From contig DATBRV010000009.1 in NCBI GenBank assembly GCA_036560145.1, positions 16,189 to 80,188 on the forward strand: 64,000 nucleotides of DNA, written 5' to 3'. Shown here piece after piece: positions 9,070 through 17,785 of this stretch (position 1 is its first letter; the number at the start of each line of letters is the position of its first letter). The translations under genes and the position numbers were made by a program. The DNA comes from Myxococcota bacterium. Its GTDB lineage: Bacteria > Myxococcota_A > UBA9160 > SMWR01. The notes beneath the pieces were generated by a model, which saw nothing but the letters and a program-made list of their open reading frames with translations, had not been told where the DNA came from and searched no databases.

Positions 9070-10472
9070 TAGACGCCGTACTCGACGGGGTCGACCGCGT
9101 AGGCGAGGCCCGCGAGCGGCTCCCAGCAGACGCGGCGATCGGCGTTGCTGCGGGCGATCTGGTGGAAGGCGCGCAGGGCGCCGCGGCCGTCGAGCTCGCG
9201 CGTATCGAGGCCGAGGTGCTCGAGCAGCAGCTCCTGCCGCAGCGCGCGCACGCTCTCCGGGTGCCAGAAGGAGGCGTTCAGCTCGGTGTCCTGGTGGAAG
9301 GAGCGCTCGGCGACGTTGGTCGAGCCGATCGTGCACCAGGCATCGTCGACCAGCGCGAGCTTGGAGTGCACGTAGACCTCGTCGTAGCGGCCGTCTGCAT
9401 GGCTGGCGGCGATCGCCGCGAGCGTGAAGTTCTCGTGCCGGCCGAGCTGGGCGAGCTTGTCGAAGAAGAACGCGGCCCGCGGCTCCTTGCGCGCCTCCAC
9501 GAACGCCGGGTGCGCGTTGCCGGGCACCAGGAAGACCACCTCGACGCCGCGCCGCAGCGCGGCCTCCAGCGCGTCCACCACCGCCGGCGATCCGATCGCC
9601 TGGTTCTCGAGATAGAGCGAGCTGCGCGCCGCCGCGATCGCCGCCAGGTACTGCTCGAGCACGCTGGCCTCTCCGCCCGCGATCGCGAAGGGCTTCGCCC
9701 CCGGCGCGGGGGTCGCGTCCGCGTAGCGGCCGGCGAGCACGGTCCGCGTGAGCTGCACCGGAACGGGGCCGGCGGGCCTGGACAACAGCGCCGGAAACGC
9801 CAGCGAGTCCGCGCTCCGCGGATCCGGCCAGACGCCGTCCGCCTCGGCGCGGTCGCTCGCCTCGTTCCAGCGCTGCGCGAAGTTGTGATGCACGTCGCTC
9901 GCCGCGGGCCCCCGCAGCTCGAGGTAGACGTCGTGGATCTGCGGCGATCCCCGCACGGCGTGCCCGGCCGGCGCGATCGAGGGCGCGTCGAGGTTGATGC
10001 CGCCGACGAAGGCGACTTCTTCGGGCTCACCGGCGTCCACGATCCAGCTTTTTTGATGCTGGCAGAAGCCGTCCGGCAGGCGATCCCAGCGCGCGCGGAA
10101 ACGGGCCTCCCGATCGCGCAGCCAGGCGAGATCGGCGGCGTTGCCCTCGAAGTGCTCCGAGTCGGGCTCGGCCTCGCGCAGGCGCGGCTCGCGCCAGAAG
10201 AGCGCGCGCACGTCGAGACCGCGGGCGGCCGCGCGCTCCAGCAGGTCGAACACGGTCCCGTGTCCGTCGGGAAGGCGCGCTTCGCGGTCGACGTACGCGA
10301 TCGTCACCCAGACGCGGCGGCGCGCCGCGGCCACCGCCTCCCCGATCCGGCGGAAGGCGGGCTCCCCGTCGACCAGCGGGCGGACGAAGTTGCCGGGCCG
10401 CAGCGGATAGCTGGCGCTCGCGACGCTGGGAACCCGCGCGACCTCGATCTCGATCCCACCGGCCCGACTCAT
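9069..10472 (-). CDS. Phospholipase D / cardiolipin-synthase-like protein (two HKD motifs)
   Basis: The ORF was trimmed to the ATG at 10470-10472 (MSRAGGIEIE...). The HKD motifs are HQKSWIVD and HSKLALVDD. Its ATG overlaps the stop of ltaE in an ATGA. Confidence 0.85.
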   Translation of the reverse strand: MSRAGGIEIEVARVPSVASASYPLRPGNFVRPLVDGEPAFRRIGEAVAAARRRVWVTIAYVDREARLPDGHGTVFDLLERAAARGLDVRALFWREPRLREAEPDSEHFEGNAADLAWLRDREARFRARWDRLPDGFCQHQKSWIVDAGEPEEVAFVGGINLDAPSIAPAGHAVRGSPQIHDVYLELRGPAASDVHHNFAQRWNEASDRAEADGVWPDPRSADSLAFPALLSRPAGPVPVQLTRTVLAGRYADATPAPGAKPFAIAGGEASVLEQYLAAIAAARSSLYLENQAIGSPAVVDALEAALRRGVEVVFLVPGNAHPAFVEARKEPRAAFFFDKLAQLGRHENFTLAAIAASHADGRYDEVYVHSKLALVDDAWCTIGSTNVAERSFHQDTELNASFWHPESVRALRQELLLEHLGLDTRELDGRGALRAFHQIARSNADRRVCWEPLAGLAYAVDPVEYGV

Positions 10473-11491
10473 CGCACGCCCTCCGCCACGACTTCCCCGA
10501 TCCGGCCGAGCGCCTCGTCGATATCGGCCTCGCTGACGTCGAGGTGCGTCACCGCCCGGAAGACGCCGGGCGCCGCGGGGTTCACCAGCACCTCCTGCGC
10601 GCGCGTCGCGCGCAGGAAGCCCATGGTGTCCTCGACGCGGAACATCACCATGTTGGTCTCGGGGGGCGAGTCGACCGGCAGGCCGATCTTCTCGAGCCCC
10701 GCGGCCAGCCGGCGGGCGTTCGCGTGGTCTTCCGCCAGCCGCTCGACGTGGTGCTCGAGCGCGTGCAGGCCCGCCGCGGCGAGGATCCCGGCCTGGCGCA
10801 GGCCGCCGCCCAGCAGCTTGCGGGCCCGGTGCACGCGCCGGATCAGCTCGCGCGAGCCGCACACCAGCGAGCCGGCCGGCGCGCCGAGGCCCTTGGAGAG
10901 ACAGAACGTCACGGTGTCGAAGGGCTCCGCCCAGATCGCCGCGGGGGTTCCGGTCGCGACCACCGCGTTCCACAGGCGCGCGCCGTCGAGGTGCAGCGCG
11001 AGGCCGCGCTCCCTGGCCGCCTGCGCCACGTCCTTCAGCTGCGCGAGCGGGAAGACGCGCCCGCCGGCGCGGTTGTGGGTGTTCTCGACGGCGACGATCC
11101 GGGTGGGGGCGAAATGCGCCTCGTCGGGCGAGACGGCGGCGCGCACGTCGGCGCCGTCGAAGCAGCCGCCGCGCCCGAGCGTCTTGATCTGCACGCCCCA
11201 GAGCGCGGAGGCCGCGCCTCCCTCGTAGAGCAGGATGTGCGCGTCCTCGCCCGCCAGCAGCACGTCGCCCGGCTGCGAGAGCGCGCGCAGGCAGGCCTGG
11301 TTGCCCATCGTGCCGGAGGCGACGAAAAGGGCCGCCTGCTTGCCGAGCTTCTCGGCCGCCAACGCCTGGAGCCGGTTCACGGTCGGATCTTCGCCGTAGA
11401 CGTCGTCGCCGACCTCGGCGCGCGCGATCGCCTCGCGCATCGCGGGCGTGGGCCGCGTCACGGTGTCGCTGCGCAGATCGATCTTGCGCAT
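10469..11491 (-). CDS. ltaE: Low-specificity L-threonine aldolase
   Basis: The ORF was trimmed to MRKIDLRSDTVTRPTPAMREAIA...DDVYGEDPTVN...CLSKGLGAP, which is typical LtaE. The product is 340 aa. Confidence 0.9.
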   Translation of the reverse strand: MRKIDLRSDTVTRPTPAMREAIARAEVGDDVYGEDPTVNRLQALAAEKLGKQAALFVASGTMGNQACLRALSQPGDVLLAGEDAHILLYEGGAASALWGVQIKTLGRGGCFDGADVRAAVSPDEAHFAPTRIVAVENTHNRAGGRVFPLAQLKDVAQAARERGLALHLDGARLWNAVVATGTPAAIWAEPFDTVTFCLSKGLGAPAGSLVCGSRELIRRVHRARKLLGGGLRQAGILAAAGLHALEHHVERLAEDHANARRLAAGLEKIGLPVDSPPETNMVMFRVEDTMGFLRATRAQEVLVNPAAPGVFRAVTHLDVSEADIDEALGRIGEVVAEGVR

Positions 11492-12924
11492 CAAATGGAC
11501 GGCCACTCCTCGATCCAGGGGCGCGCCCGCTCGAAGGCCCAGGCCGCCTGCAACACCAGATCGTCCCGGTGCCGGGGCCCGACGATCTGGAGGCCGACGG
11601 GAAGTCCCGCGCGCGAGAAGCCGGCGCGCACGGTCGCGGCCGGGTGCCAGGAGAGATTGAAGGGGATCGTGAAGCTCCCGACGCTCGCCCACGGCTGCTT
11701 GCGTCCCTCGGTCTCCGTCGGGAACGGCCCGGCCGCGGGCGGCGGATCGAAGGGCATGGTCGGCGTGAGCAGCAGATCGAAGCGCCCGAAGACGTCGGCG
11801 CACCAGCGGTTCAGCTGCTCGCGGCGACGGCGCAGGTCGGCCCAGATCTCGGGGGTCATCTTCCTGCCGGCCTTGGCGCCGCGCAGGAAGGAGCGTCCGA
11901 ACTCGTGCTCGTGCTCGGGCAGCAGCGGCGCGAGACGCCCGATCATCTCGAAGGCGTTGCCCAGTCCCCAGTCGTAGCCGAGCTCGGGAAGCCCCGTCTT
12001 CTCTTCCTCGAAGCGGTGCCCCAGGCCCTCGAAGACGCGCGCGGCGTCGTAGGCGACTTCGCCGACGTCGCTCTGAACCACGGCGTAGCCGAGGTCCGAA
12101 GACCAGCCGATACGCAGACCCGCGGGCAGATCGCGCAGGAGCGCGCGATAGGAGAAGCCCGGGTGCGGAAGCGAGTTCGGGTCGAGCGGGTGTGCGCCCA
12201 CCGTCAGGTCGAGGTGCAGCGCCGCGTCTTCGACGCTGCGCGTGAGCGGCCCGTGCACCGCGGTGTCGCCCATGTCCCACCAGCCCTTGGATTCGTGCGG
12301 AATCCGTCCATAGCTGCACTTGAGGCCGAAGCAGCCCGTCATCGACGCGGGCAGGCGCACGGAGCCGCCGCCGTCGCTGGCGGTGGCGAGGGGAATCAGG
12401 CCGCCGGCGATCGCCGCCGAGGATCCGCCGCTGGATCCGCCCGGCGAGCGCTCCGGGTTCCACGGGTTGCGCGTTACGCCGAAGAGCAGGTTCTTGGTGA
12501 TCGCGGTGTAGCCGAACTCGGGGGCGTTGGTCTTGCCGACCACGATCGCGCCGGCCGCGCGCAGGCGCGAGACCTGTACGGAATCGCTCTCCGCCAGGTT
12601 GTCCTTGAAGGGGACGGAACCCTCGGAGGTCACCAGGCCGGCGGCGTTCTCGAGATCCTTCACGCCGAGCGGGACTCCCTCGAGCGGCCGCGCCGCGCCG
12701 CGCTCCAACCGGAGGTCGGCGGCGGCCGCGTCGGAGAGCAGTGTGTCGCGCTCGCGCAGCGCGACGAAGGCGTTCAGCGTGGGGTTCAGCGCATCGATCC
12801 GCGCGAGCGTCGCCTGCATCAGCTCGACGGCGGAGAGCTCGCGGCGCTCCAGCAGACCGCGGACCTCGGTGAGCGGGCGTTGCAGCAGTTCGGCCATCTC
12901 GTCCTCCCGATGTCCCACCAGCAT
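11491..12924 (-). CDS. Amidase family protein (amidase signature)
   Basis: Contains GGSSGGSSAAIAGG and the KDNL..S..TS motifs. An alternative start (MAELLQ) lies at 12897. Confidence 0.85.
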   Translation of the reverse strand: MLVGHREDEMAELLQRPLTEVRGLLERRELSAVELMQATLARIDALNPTLNAFVALRERDTLLSDAAAADLRLERGAARPLEGVPLGVKDLENAAGLVTSEGSVPFKDNLAESDSVQVSRLRAAGAIVVGKTNAPEFGYTAITKNLLFGVTRNPWNPERSPGGSSGGSSAAIAGGLIPLATASDGGGSVRLPASMTGCFGLKCSYGRIPHESKGWWDMGDTAVHGPLTRSVEDAALHLDLTVGAHPLDPNSLPHPGFSYRALLRDLPAGLRIGWSSDLGYAVVQSDVGEVAYDAARVFEGLGHRFEEEKTGLPELGYDWGLGNAFEMIGRLAPLLPEHEHEFGRSFLRGAKAGRKMTPEIWADLRRRREQLNRWCADVFGRFDLLLTPTMPFDPPPAAGPFPTETEGRKQPWASVGSFTIPFNLSWHPAATVRAGFSRAGLPVGLQIVGPRHRDDLVLQAAWAFERARPWIEEWPSI

Positions 12925-12944
12925 ATCAGCCGGACCGGGCCTGG

Positions 12945-13016
12945 GTGAACTTCGCTCGCCTGCGGCCGGCCTGAGTGGACTCCGCTCGCCTGCGGCTCGC
13001 TGCGCGCTTCGCTTGC
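12945..13016 (+). repeat. Dispersed intergenic repeat, 0.5 + 1 copies, composite form
   Basis: GTGAACTTCGCTCGCCTGCGGCCGGCC is followed by TGAGTGGACTCCGCTCGCCTGCGGCTCGCTGCGCGCTTCGCTTGC. A GC hairpin module extends to about 13045. The locus at 61150 has the same architecture. Confidence 0.85.
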
Positions 13017-13050
13017 GCGCGCGGGCTGCGCCCGCTTGCGGCGCGTGTCG

Positions 13051-13866
13051 CTACCCGTGCTCCAATAGAAACGGCTGGACGGCGGCGAGGAACGCCTCCG
13101 GCTGCTCCAGGTGCAGATTGTGGCCGGCCGCCTCGATCAGCGAGGTCCGCGCCCCCGGGATCTCGGCCGCGAAGGCGGCGGCTCCCTCGGCCGAGAGGAG
13201 CGGGCTCTCGGCCCCGCGCAGGATCAGCGTCGGGCAGCGGATCCCGCCGAGCGCGACGCGCTCGCTGGGGGGCAGCCCGAACCAGCGCGGATCGAACTTG
13301 AAGCCGAAGCGGCCGTCGGGGTCCCGGGCGACGGAGTGCGCGGCGATGCTCTCGCGCAGCGATTCGCTCGCGTGCGGCGCCGGCGGCAGGAAGCGGTAGC
13401 GCGCGATGGCGTCCTCCCGCGTGCGATACGTCCGACGCGCGGCGAGGGCGAGCCGCATCGCGCGGCGTTCCCGCGACGGCGCGCCGCGCACGACCTCGAT
13501 CGCGACGAGGGCGCGCACCTGGTTCTTCCGAGCCGCGTGATCCAGCGCGATGTGCCCGCCCATCGAGTGCCCCATCAGGGCGGGCTCGCGCGCGCCCAGG
13601 TGCTGGAGCAGCGCCTCGAGGTCGCGGGCGAAGGCGCCGACCTCCAGCGAGGCGGGATGGTCCGAGTCGCCATGGCCGCGAAAATCGAGCGCCACCACGT
13701 GGAAGCGATTGGCGAAGGCGGGCGCCAGGTGGTCCCACCAGTGCGCGTTCGCCCCGCCCCCGTGCAGCAGCACCAGCGGACGTCGCGACGCGTCGCCGCG
13801 GTGAAGCGCGTGAAGGAAGACGCCGGCCAGCGACGGCGTCGTGAAGCGTTCCGAGCGCGCGGTCAC
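13051..13866 (-). CDS. Alpha/beta hydrolase
   Basis: Contains LVLLHGGGANAHWW, RGHGDSD and the nucleophile elbow GHSMGG. Confidence 0.8.
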   Translation of the reverse strand: MTARSERFTTPSLAGVFLHALHRGDASRRPLVLLHGGGANAHWWDHLAPAFANRFHVVALDFRGHGDSDHPASLEVGAFARDLEALLQHLGAREPALMGHSMGGHIALDHAARKNQVRALVAIEVVRGAPSRERRAMRLALAARRTYRTREDAIARYRFLPPAPHASESLRESIAAHSVARDPDGRFGFKFDPRWFGLPPSERVALGGIRCPTLILRGAESPLLSAEGAAAFAAEIPGARTSLIEAAGHNLHLEQPEAFLAAVQPFLLEHG

Positions 13867-13914
13867 GGGGCGCGCAGCATACCCGCGGGCGGCGGCGTGT
13901 GCGAATGCCCCCCG

Positions 13915-13938
13915 ATTTCGGCCTCCCCGGGCCGAAAT
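13915..13938. promoter_or_regulatory. Perfect 9-bp inverted repeat (ATTTCGGCC-6 nt-GGCCGAAAT) in a divergent promoter region
   Basis: Read directly from the sequence. It lies between the hydrolase start (13866) and the histone-like gene. Confidence 0.4.
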
Positions 13939-13951
13939 GGCGCAGAATCCT

Positions 13952-13981
13952 TTGCATCCCCCTCGGAGGTGCGCCTATCAT
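13952..13981 (+). promoter_or_regulatory. Candidate sigma70-type promoter for the histone-fold gene
   Basis: TTGCAT (13952-13957), an 18-nt spacer, then TATCAT (13976-13981). Such hexamers are rare in this GC-rich context. Confidence 0.3.
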
Positions 13982-14084
13982 CCGCCCCGTCCGAACCATG
14001 GCGTATTCCGCGACATGGGGGTTTCCGCCGCCGTCGGCCGGTGTCTCCGGACGATGCGGCGTGTAGGGAGAGGAGAAACGGATC

Positions 14085-14291
14085 ATGGCAGCGAAGAAGT
14101 CGGCTCCGAAGAAGAAGGCGACCGGGGATCTCATCATCTCGAAGTCCCGCACCAAGGCCGCCGCCAAGAAGTGCAACGTGGGCAGCGAGTTCTACGGTGC
14201 GCTCGACCAGGCCGTACGCGGTCTGATCGCCGCGGCCGAGGGCCGCGCCGTCGGGAACAAGCGAAAGACGCTGAAGGCGGTCGATCTCTAG
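14085..14291 (+). CDS. Small histone-fold DNA-binding protein (DUF1931 / bacterial histone HBb-like) with a Lys-rich N-terminal tail
   Basis: 68 aa: MAAKKSAPKKKATGDLIISKSRTKAAAKKCNVGSEFYGALDQAVRGLIAAAEGRAVGNKRKTLKAVDL. The pattern matches remembered DUF1931/Bd0055-type sequences. A strong SD (GGAGAGGAGAA) precedes it and a terminator follows. Confidence 0.7.
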   Translation: MAAKKSAPKKKATGDLIISKSRTKAAAKKCNVGSEFYGALDQAVRGLIAAAEGRAVGNKRKTLKAVDL

Positions 14292-14313
14292 TCTCCAGCG
14301 CGTCGACGCAGTT

Positions 14314-14362
14314 TTCGCCCGTAGCGGGCGAACGGGCCCACCGGCGAGCCGCCGGTGGGCCC
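14314..14362. terminator. Two adjacent GC hairpins between convergent genes (bidirectional terminator candidate)
   Basis: TTCGCCC-GTAGC-GGGCGAA (14314-14332) and GGGCCCACCGGC-GAGC-GCCGGTGGGCCC (14334-14362), followed by CGTCGTTTCCGTT. Confidence 0.6.
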
Positions 14363-14378
14363 CGTCGTTTCCGTTCCG

Positions 14379-16007
14379 TCACGATTCCAGCAGCGACAGC
14401 CGGAGGTGCGAGGGGCGCTCGCGATCGTGGAACACGGTCTGGCGCGCCGGCGCGATCTCGCTCTCCGCGGCCGCGCCAGGCTCCACTTCCGTGTGTGAGG
14501 GGCGGTCCCAGCGCGGGAAGGCCGACGACGAGACCCTGAGGCGCAGGCGGCCACCGGTCTCGAGGCGCGCGCAGGCGGCCCCGAGATCGAGCTCGAGCCG
14601 GCGCGTCTCGCCGGGCGCGCCGCGGCTGCGCAGTACGCCGTCGCACAGCGTCTGCTGCTTCCCGTCGGGGGCGAGCGCGACCAGCGTTGCCGTGAAGTCG
14701 GTGACGGCGGCGCTCGACTCCGCGAACAGCACCGCCCCCACCGGGCCGCCGATCAGGAGGGGCTCCGGAAGCGGCTCCGTCGTGTAGCAGAGCACGTCGT
14801 GGCGGCATTCCGTCGCAGGGTCGTCTGCGAGCGCGGGATCGCGCGGGTCGTAGCTGTAGCGATCGGCGGGCTCCTCGCCGGGCGGCGCTTCACGCAGCAG
14901 GGCGCCGTCGCCGGTTCGCCCGTTGGCGCGGCCGCCGCCGCGCAGGTGCAGCGCCAGCGAGCGGGCGTTCGGAAGCGGCCACGCGGATGCTTCGCGCCAG
15001 ACGGAAGCGCCGCGCATGAACACGCGCACGGGCGCGCGCGCCGCCGGCTCGCCGCGCAGACGGCGCGCCAGGAAGTCGAGGGCGGCGCGCAGGCTCTCGG
15101 CACCCGCCCGGCTGCGGGTGCGCCGCGCCTCGCGGCGGGGCGGCTGGCCTCCGGGCCAGGGTCCGATCACGAGCTCGGGCTCCGGTGCGCCGCGCCTTCG
15201 CGCCGCCTCGCGCAGCGCCGGGAGATCCGCGAGCTGCGCGGCGAGCGCCGGGTGACGCCAACCGGCGATCAGCAGCGTCGGCGGCGGCGCCTCGGGGAGC
15301 GCGGGGCTCCGCGCCTCCCAGTACGCGTCACGGGCCGGATGCTCGATCCATTCGCGAAACCAATCGACACGCTTCAGCGTCACCCGGTCGGCTTCCCGCA
15401 GCGGGCGATGGGAGAGCCCGCGTTCGAGGTCGAGCCGGCCCGGGTCCTCGGCCTCGCGCTCGCCGACCCCGACGCCCCAGCGCAGCGCCAGCTCGAGCGC
15501 GAGCGCTCCGCCCGGGCGCAGCCAGGCGAACGGATCGCGCGCGGCGAAGGCGGCCACCAGGGCGGCCACGGGCCGGGGGCTGCGGGAGAGCGCGGCCCAG
15601 GCCGCGAAGCCGGAGTAGCCCCAGCCGAGGAGGCCGAGGCGCCCGTCGAACCATTCCTGGCTCGCGATCCAGGCGATCGCGTCGCCGCCGTCCGCCGCCT
15701 CGTTCAGGAAGGGCGCGAAGCGGCCCTCCGAGGCGTGCCGGCCCCGGCACTCCTGGAGCACGACGGCAAAACCGGACTCGGCGATCAGGCGGCCGAGCGA
15801 CGCCGCGGCGTGTCCCGGCCGGTGCGACGGCTCGGAGGTGCGCATCAGCACCGCCGGCCAGGGCCGCGCGCCGTCCTGCGGGAGCAGGACCTGGGTCGCG
15901 AGCCGGACGCCGTCCGTGAGCGCCACCCATTCCAGCCGGCGCCGGACGGCGCAGCGCCGGGGGGGAAGCGAGAGCCAGCGCCGGGTCAGCGCGGCGCCGA
16001 GGTTCAC
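14379..16007 (-). CDS. CocE/NonD family hydrolase (X-Pro dipeptidyl-peptidase S15-like)
   Basis: Contains DGVRLATQVLLP, QECRGRHASEG and GWGYSGF. The C-terminal beta-sandwich region ends with HTEVEP...FHD. Confidence 0.8.
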   Translation of the reverse strand: MNLGAALTRRWLSLPPRRCAVRRRLEWVALTDGVRLATQVLLPQDGARPWPAVLMRTSEPSHRPGHAAASLGRLIAESGFAVVLQECRGRHASEGRFAPFLNEAADGGDAIAWIASQEWFDGRLGLLGWGYSGFAAWAALSRSPRPVAALVAAFAARDPFAWLRPGGALALELALRWGVGVGEREAEDPGRLDLERGLSHRPLREADRVTLKRVDWFREWIEHPARDAYWEARSPALPEAPPPTLLIAGWRHPALAAQLADLPALREAARRRGAPEPELVIGPWPGGQPPRREARRTRSRAGAESLRAALDFLARRLRGEPAARAPVRVFMRGASVWREASAWPLPNARSLALHLRGGGRANGRTGDGALLREAPPGEEPADRYSYDPRDPALADDPATECRHDVLCYTTEPLPEPLLIGGPVGAVLFAESSAAVTDFTATLVALAPDGKQQTLCDGVLRSRGAPGETRRLELDLGAACARLETGGRLRLRVSSSAFPRWDRPSHTEVEPGAAAESEIAPARQTVFHDRERPSHLRLSLLES

Positions 16008-17140
16008 GGCTTGGCCGCTTCGGGATCGAGATTCGCGCCGATGCGGAACACGCGATCGAGCGGCGCACGGCGCAGGATCTCGATCGGATCCAGGCCGTGC
16101 TGGTCCGCCAGGAACTCGAGCCCGGCGCTCGCGAAGCGCGCCGCCTTCGCGATCGCGCGCGGCGTCGACTCGGAGTCCGAGAGCGGCAGCCGGTCGGCGA
16201 CCGCAATTTTATTGGCGAGCGCGACCAGCGCGTGGAATGCCGAGCGCCGCTCGTCTTCCTCGAGCGCGGCGATCGTGCGGAAGAGCAGTCCGCTCTCGTC
16301 CGCGTTGGCCGGCAGCCGCGGCATCGCGACCGGGAGCTGCCAGCGCGACGCCGGCGCGAGTGGAGCGGCGTCCGGCGGCAGCGCGGCGCGCTGATCGGGC
16401 GGGAGATAGCGATAGATCGCCATCGCCTCCTCCCAGGGCGGGAAGCCCAGATCCTCGAGCCTGCCGGCGCGCCAGCGCAGGGCCCACTCCTCGGTCTCCG
16501 GCTCGAGCTCCCAGATCACCGACTGGAGCAGACGGAAGTAGCTCCAGTAGTCGCGTTCGAAGAGCGTGCGCAGGAGCGAGACGATCGACGCGGCGTCGTC
16601 GCCTTCCCCCAGCGCCCGGAAGAAGAACTGACCGTCGAGCGTGTCGGCTCCGATGGGGGGCTCCCAGAAATCGTCGTTCGCGCGCAGGAAGACCTCCACG
16701 CGGCCCTTCATGAACAGCGTGAGCAGCTCGGGATCGAGCGCCTGCAACCCGCGCAGCAGCGGCTCCTCGCCGGCCTCCACCAGCGCGCCGATCCAGGCGT
16801 CGAGGCTGCGGCGGTCCGGAAGGGTGCCTTCCCAGCCGTCGAGGTCGACGCAGGCGACCAGCTGCTCCGGCGTGGCGTGCTCGAGCAGCCAGGCGGCGCT
16901 CGCGAGCCCGACCGCCTTGACGGTGAAGCACAGCTCGGCCTCGGGCAGCAGCGGGATCACGCGCTCGGGCTCGGGCAGCAGCTCGAGCAGGGCGGCGCGG
17001 CGCGCGACGGGCGCCTCGCACACGAGCTCCACCTGGACGTCGATCGGCTGCTCGGCGAGCGCCCGCTGCGCGGCGTCCCGGTCCTTTCGCGCGAGGTCGA
17101 GGATCCGCCGCGCGGCGTGGGGGGCCGGCCGTTCGAGCAT
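16004..17140 (-). CDS. Conserved hypothetical protein (DUF6178-like)
   Basis: The 950-aa ORF was trimmed to the ATG at 17138-17140 (MLERPAPHAARRILDL...). The helical-repeat region ATPEQLVACVDLDGWEG resembles my recollection of DUF6178. Confidence 0.6.
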   Translation of the reverse strand: MLERPAPHAARRILDLARKDRDAAQRALAEQPIDVQVELVCEAPVARRAALLELLPEPERVIPLLPEAELCFTVKAVGLASAAWLLEHATPEQLVACVDLDGWEGTLPDRRSLDAWIGALVEAGEEPLLRGLQALDPELLTLFMKGRVEVFLRANDDFWEPPIGADTLDGQFFFRALGEGDDAASIVSLLRTLFERDYWSYFRLLQSVIWELEPETEEWALRWRAGRLEDLGFPPWEEAMAIYRYLPPDQRAALPPDAAPLAPASRWQLPVAMPRLPANADESGLLFRTIAALEEDERRSAFHALVALANKIAVADRLPLSDSESTPRAIAKAARFASAGLEFLADQHGLDPIEILRRAPLDRVFRIGANLDPEAAKP

Positions 17141-17167
17141 GCGGGCAACGGTAGCTATCCTGTGCGC

Positions 17168-17785
17168 ATGCCGTCGATCGCCGAGATCCGCCGCCGCCTG
17201 GCCGCGCACCGCCCGGCCATGCTTCCGGTTGCGGGCCGGCGTCAGGCCGCCGTGGCGATGGTGCTGCGCGACGCCGGCCCGGCGCCCGAGGTGCTCTTCA
17301 TCGAGCGCGCGAGCCATCCCGGCGACCCCTGGTCGGGGCACATGGCCTTCCCGGGCGGCCGCGTCGACCCCGGGGATCCGGACCCGCGCGCCGCCGCCGA
17401 GCGGGAGACGCTCGAAGAGGTGGGCCTCGCGCTGGCGCACGCCGAGCCGCTCGGCCGCCTCGACGACATGAGCGGCCACCACGCCGCCGGCGCCGATTCG
17501 CTGCTGATCTCCGCCTTCGTCTACCGGACCCCGGGCGCGGGCGTGCTGGTGCCGAACCACGAGGTGCGCGAGGCCTTCTGGTTTCCGTTGGCGTCGCTGC
17601 TCGAGCCCGCCCGCTTCGTCGAGCGCTCGGTGGCTCGCGGGGAGAGCTTCCGCTTTCCCGGGATCCTCGTCGGCGAGCCCGACCGCCACGTGGTCTGGGG
17701 ACTCACCTACCGATTCCTCGAGACCTTCTTCCAGATCGTCGGCCGCCCGCTGCCGGATCGCTGGAGCGAGCGGCGAGCGGGCTAA
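17168..17785 (+). CDS. NUDIX hydrolase, CoA pyrophosphatase type
   Basis: Translation from the ATG at 17168 reads MPSIAEIRRRL... It contains FIERASHPGDPWSGHMAFPGG and the Nudix box RETLEEVGL. Confidence 0.85.
   Translation: MPSIAEIRRRLAAHRPAMLPVAGRRQAAVAMVLRDAGPAPEVLFIERASHPGDPWSGHMAFPGGRVDPGDPDPRAAAERETLEEVGLALAHAEPLGRLDDMSGHHAAGADSLLISAFVYRTPGAGVLVPNHEVREAFWFPLASLLEPARFVERSVARGESFRFPGILVGEPDRHVVWGLTYRFLETFFQIVGRPLPDRWSERRAG

Noticed and set aside
8940-9070. Peptides encoded by the repeats (for example ...SEPKASGVHS... and ...ERSSLRQAKRAASRRRAKF...), which recur in many ORF-track entries, considered as a possible repeated protein motif.
   Set aside because: The repeat occurs in both orientations and in different frames relative to the ORFs that contain it. 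Those ORFs are otherwise shadow ORFs. The conservation is at the DNA level.
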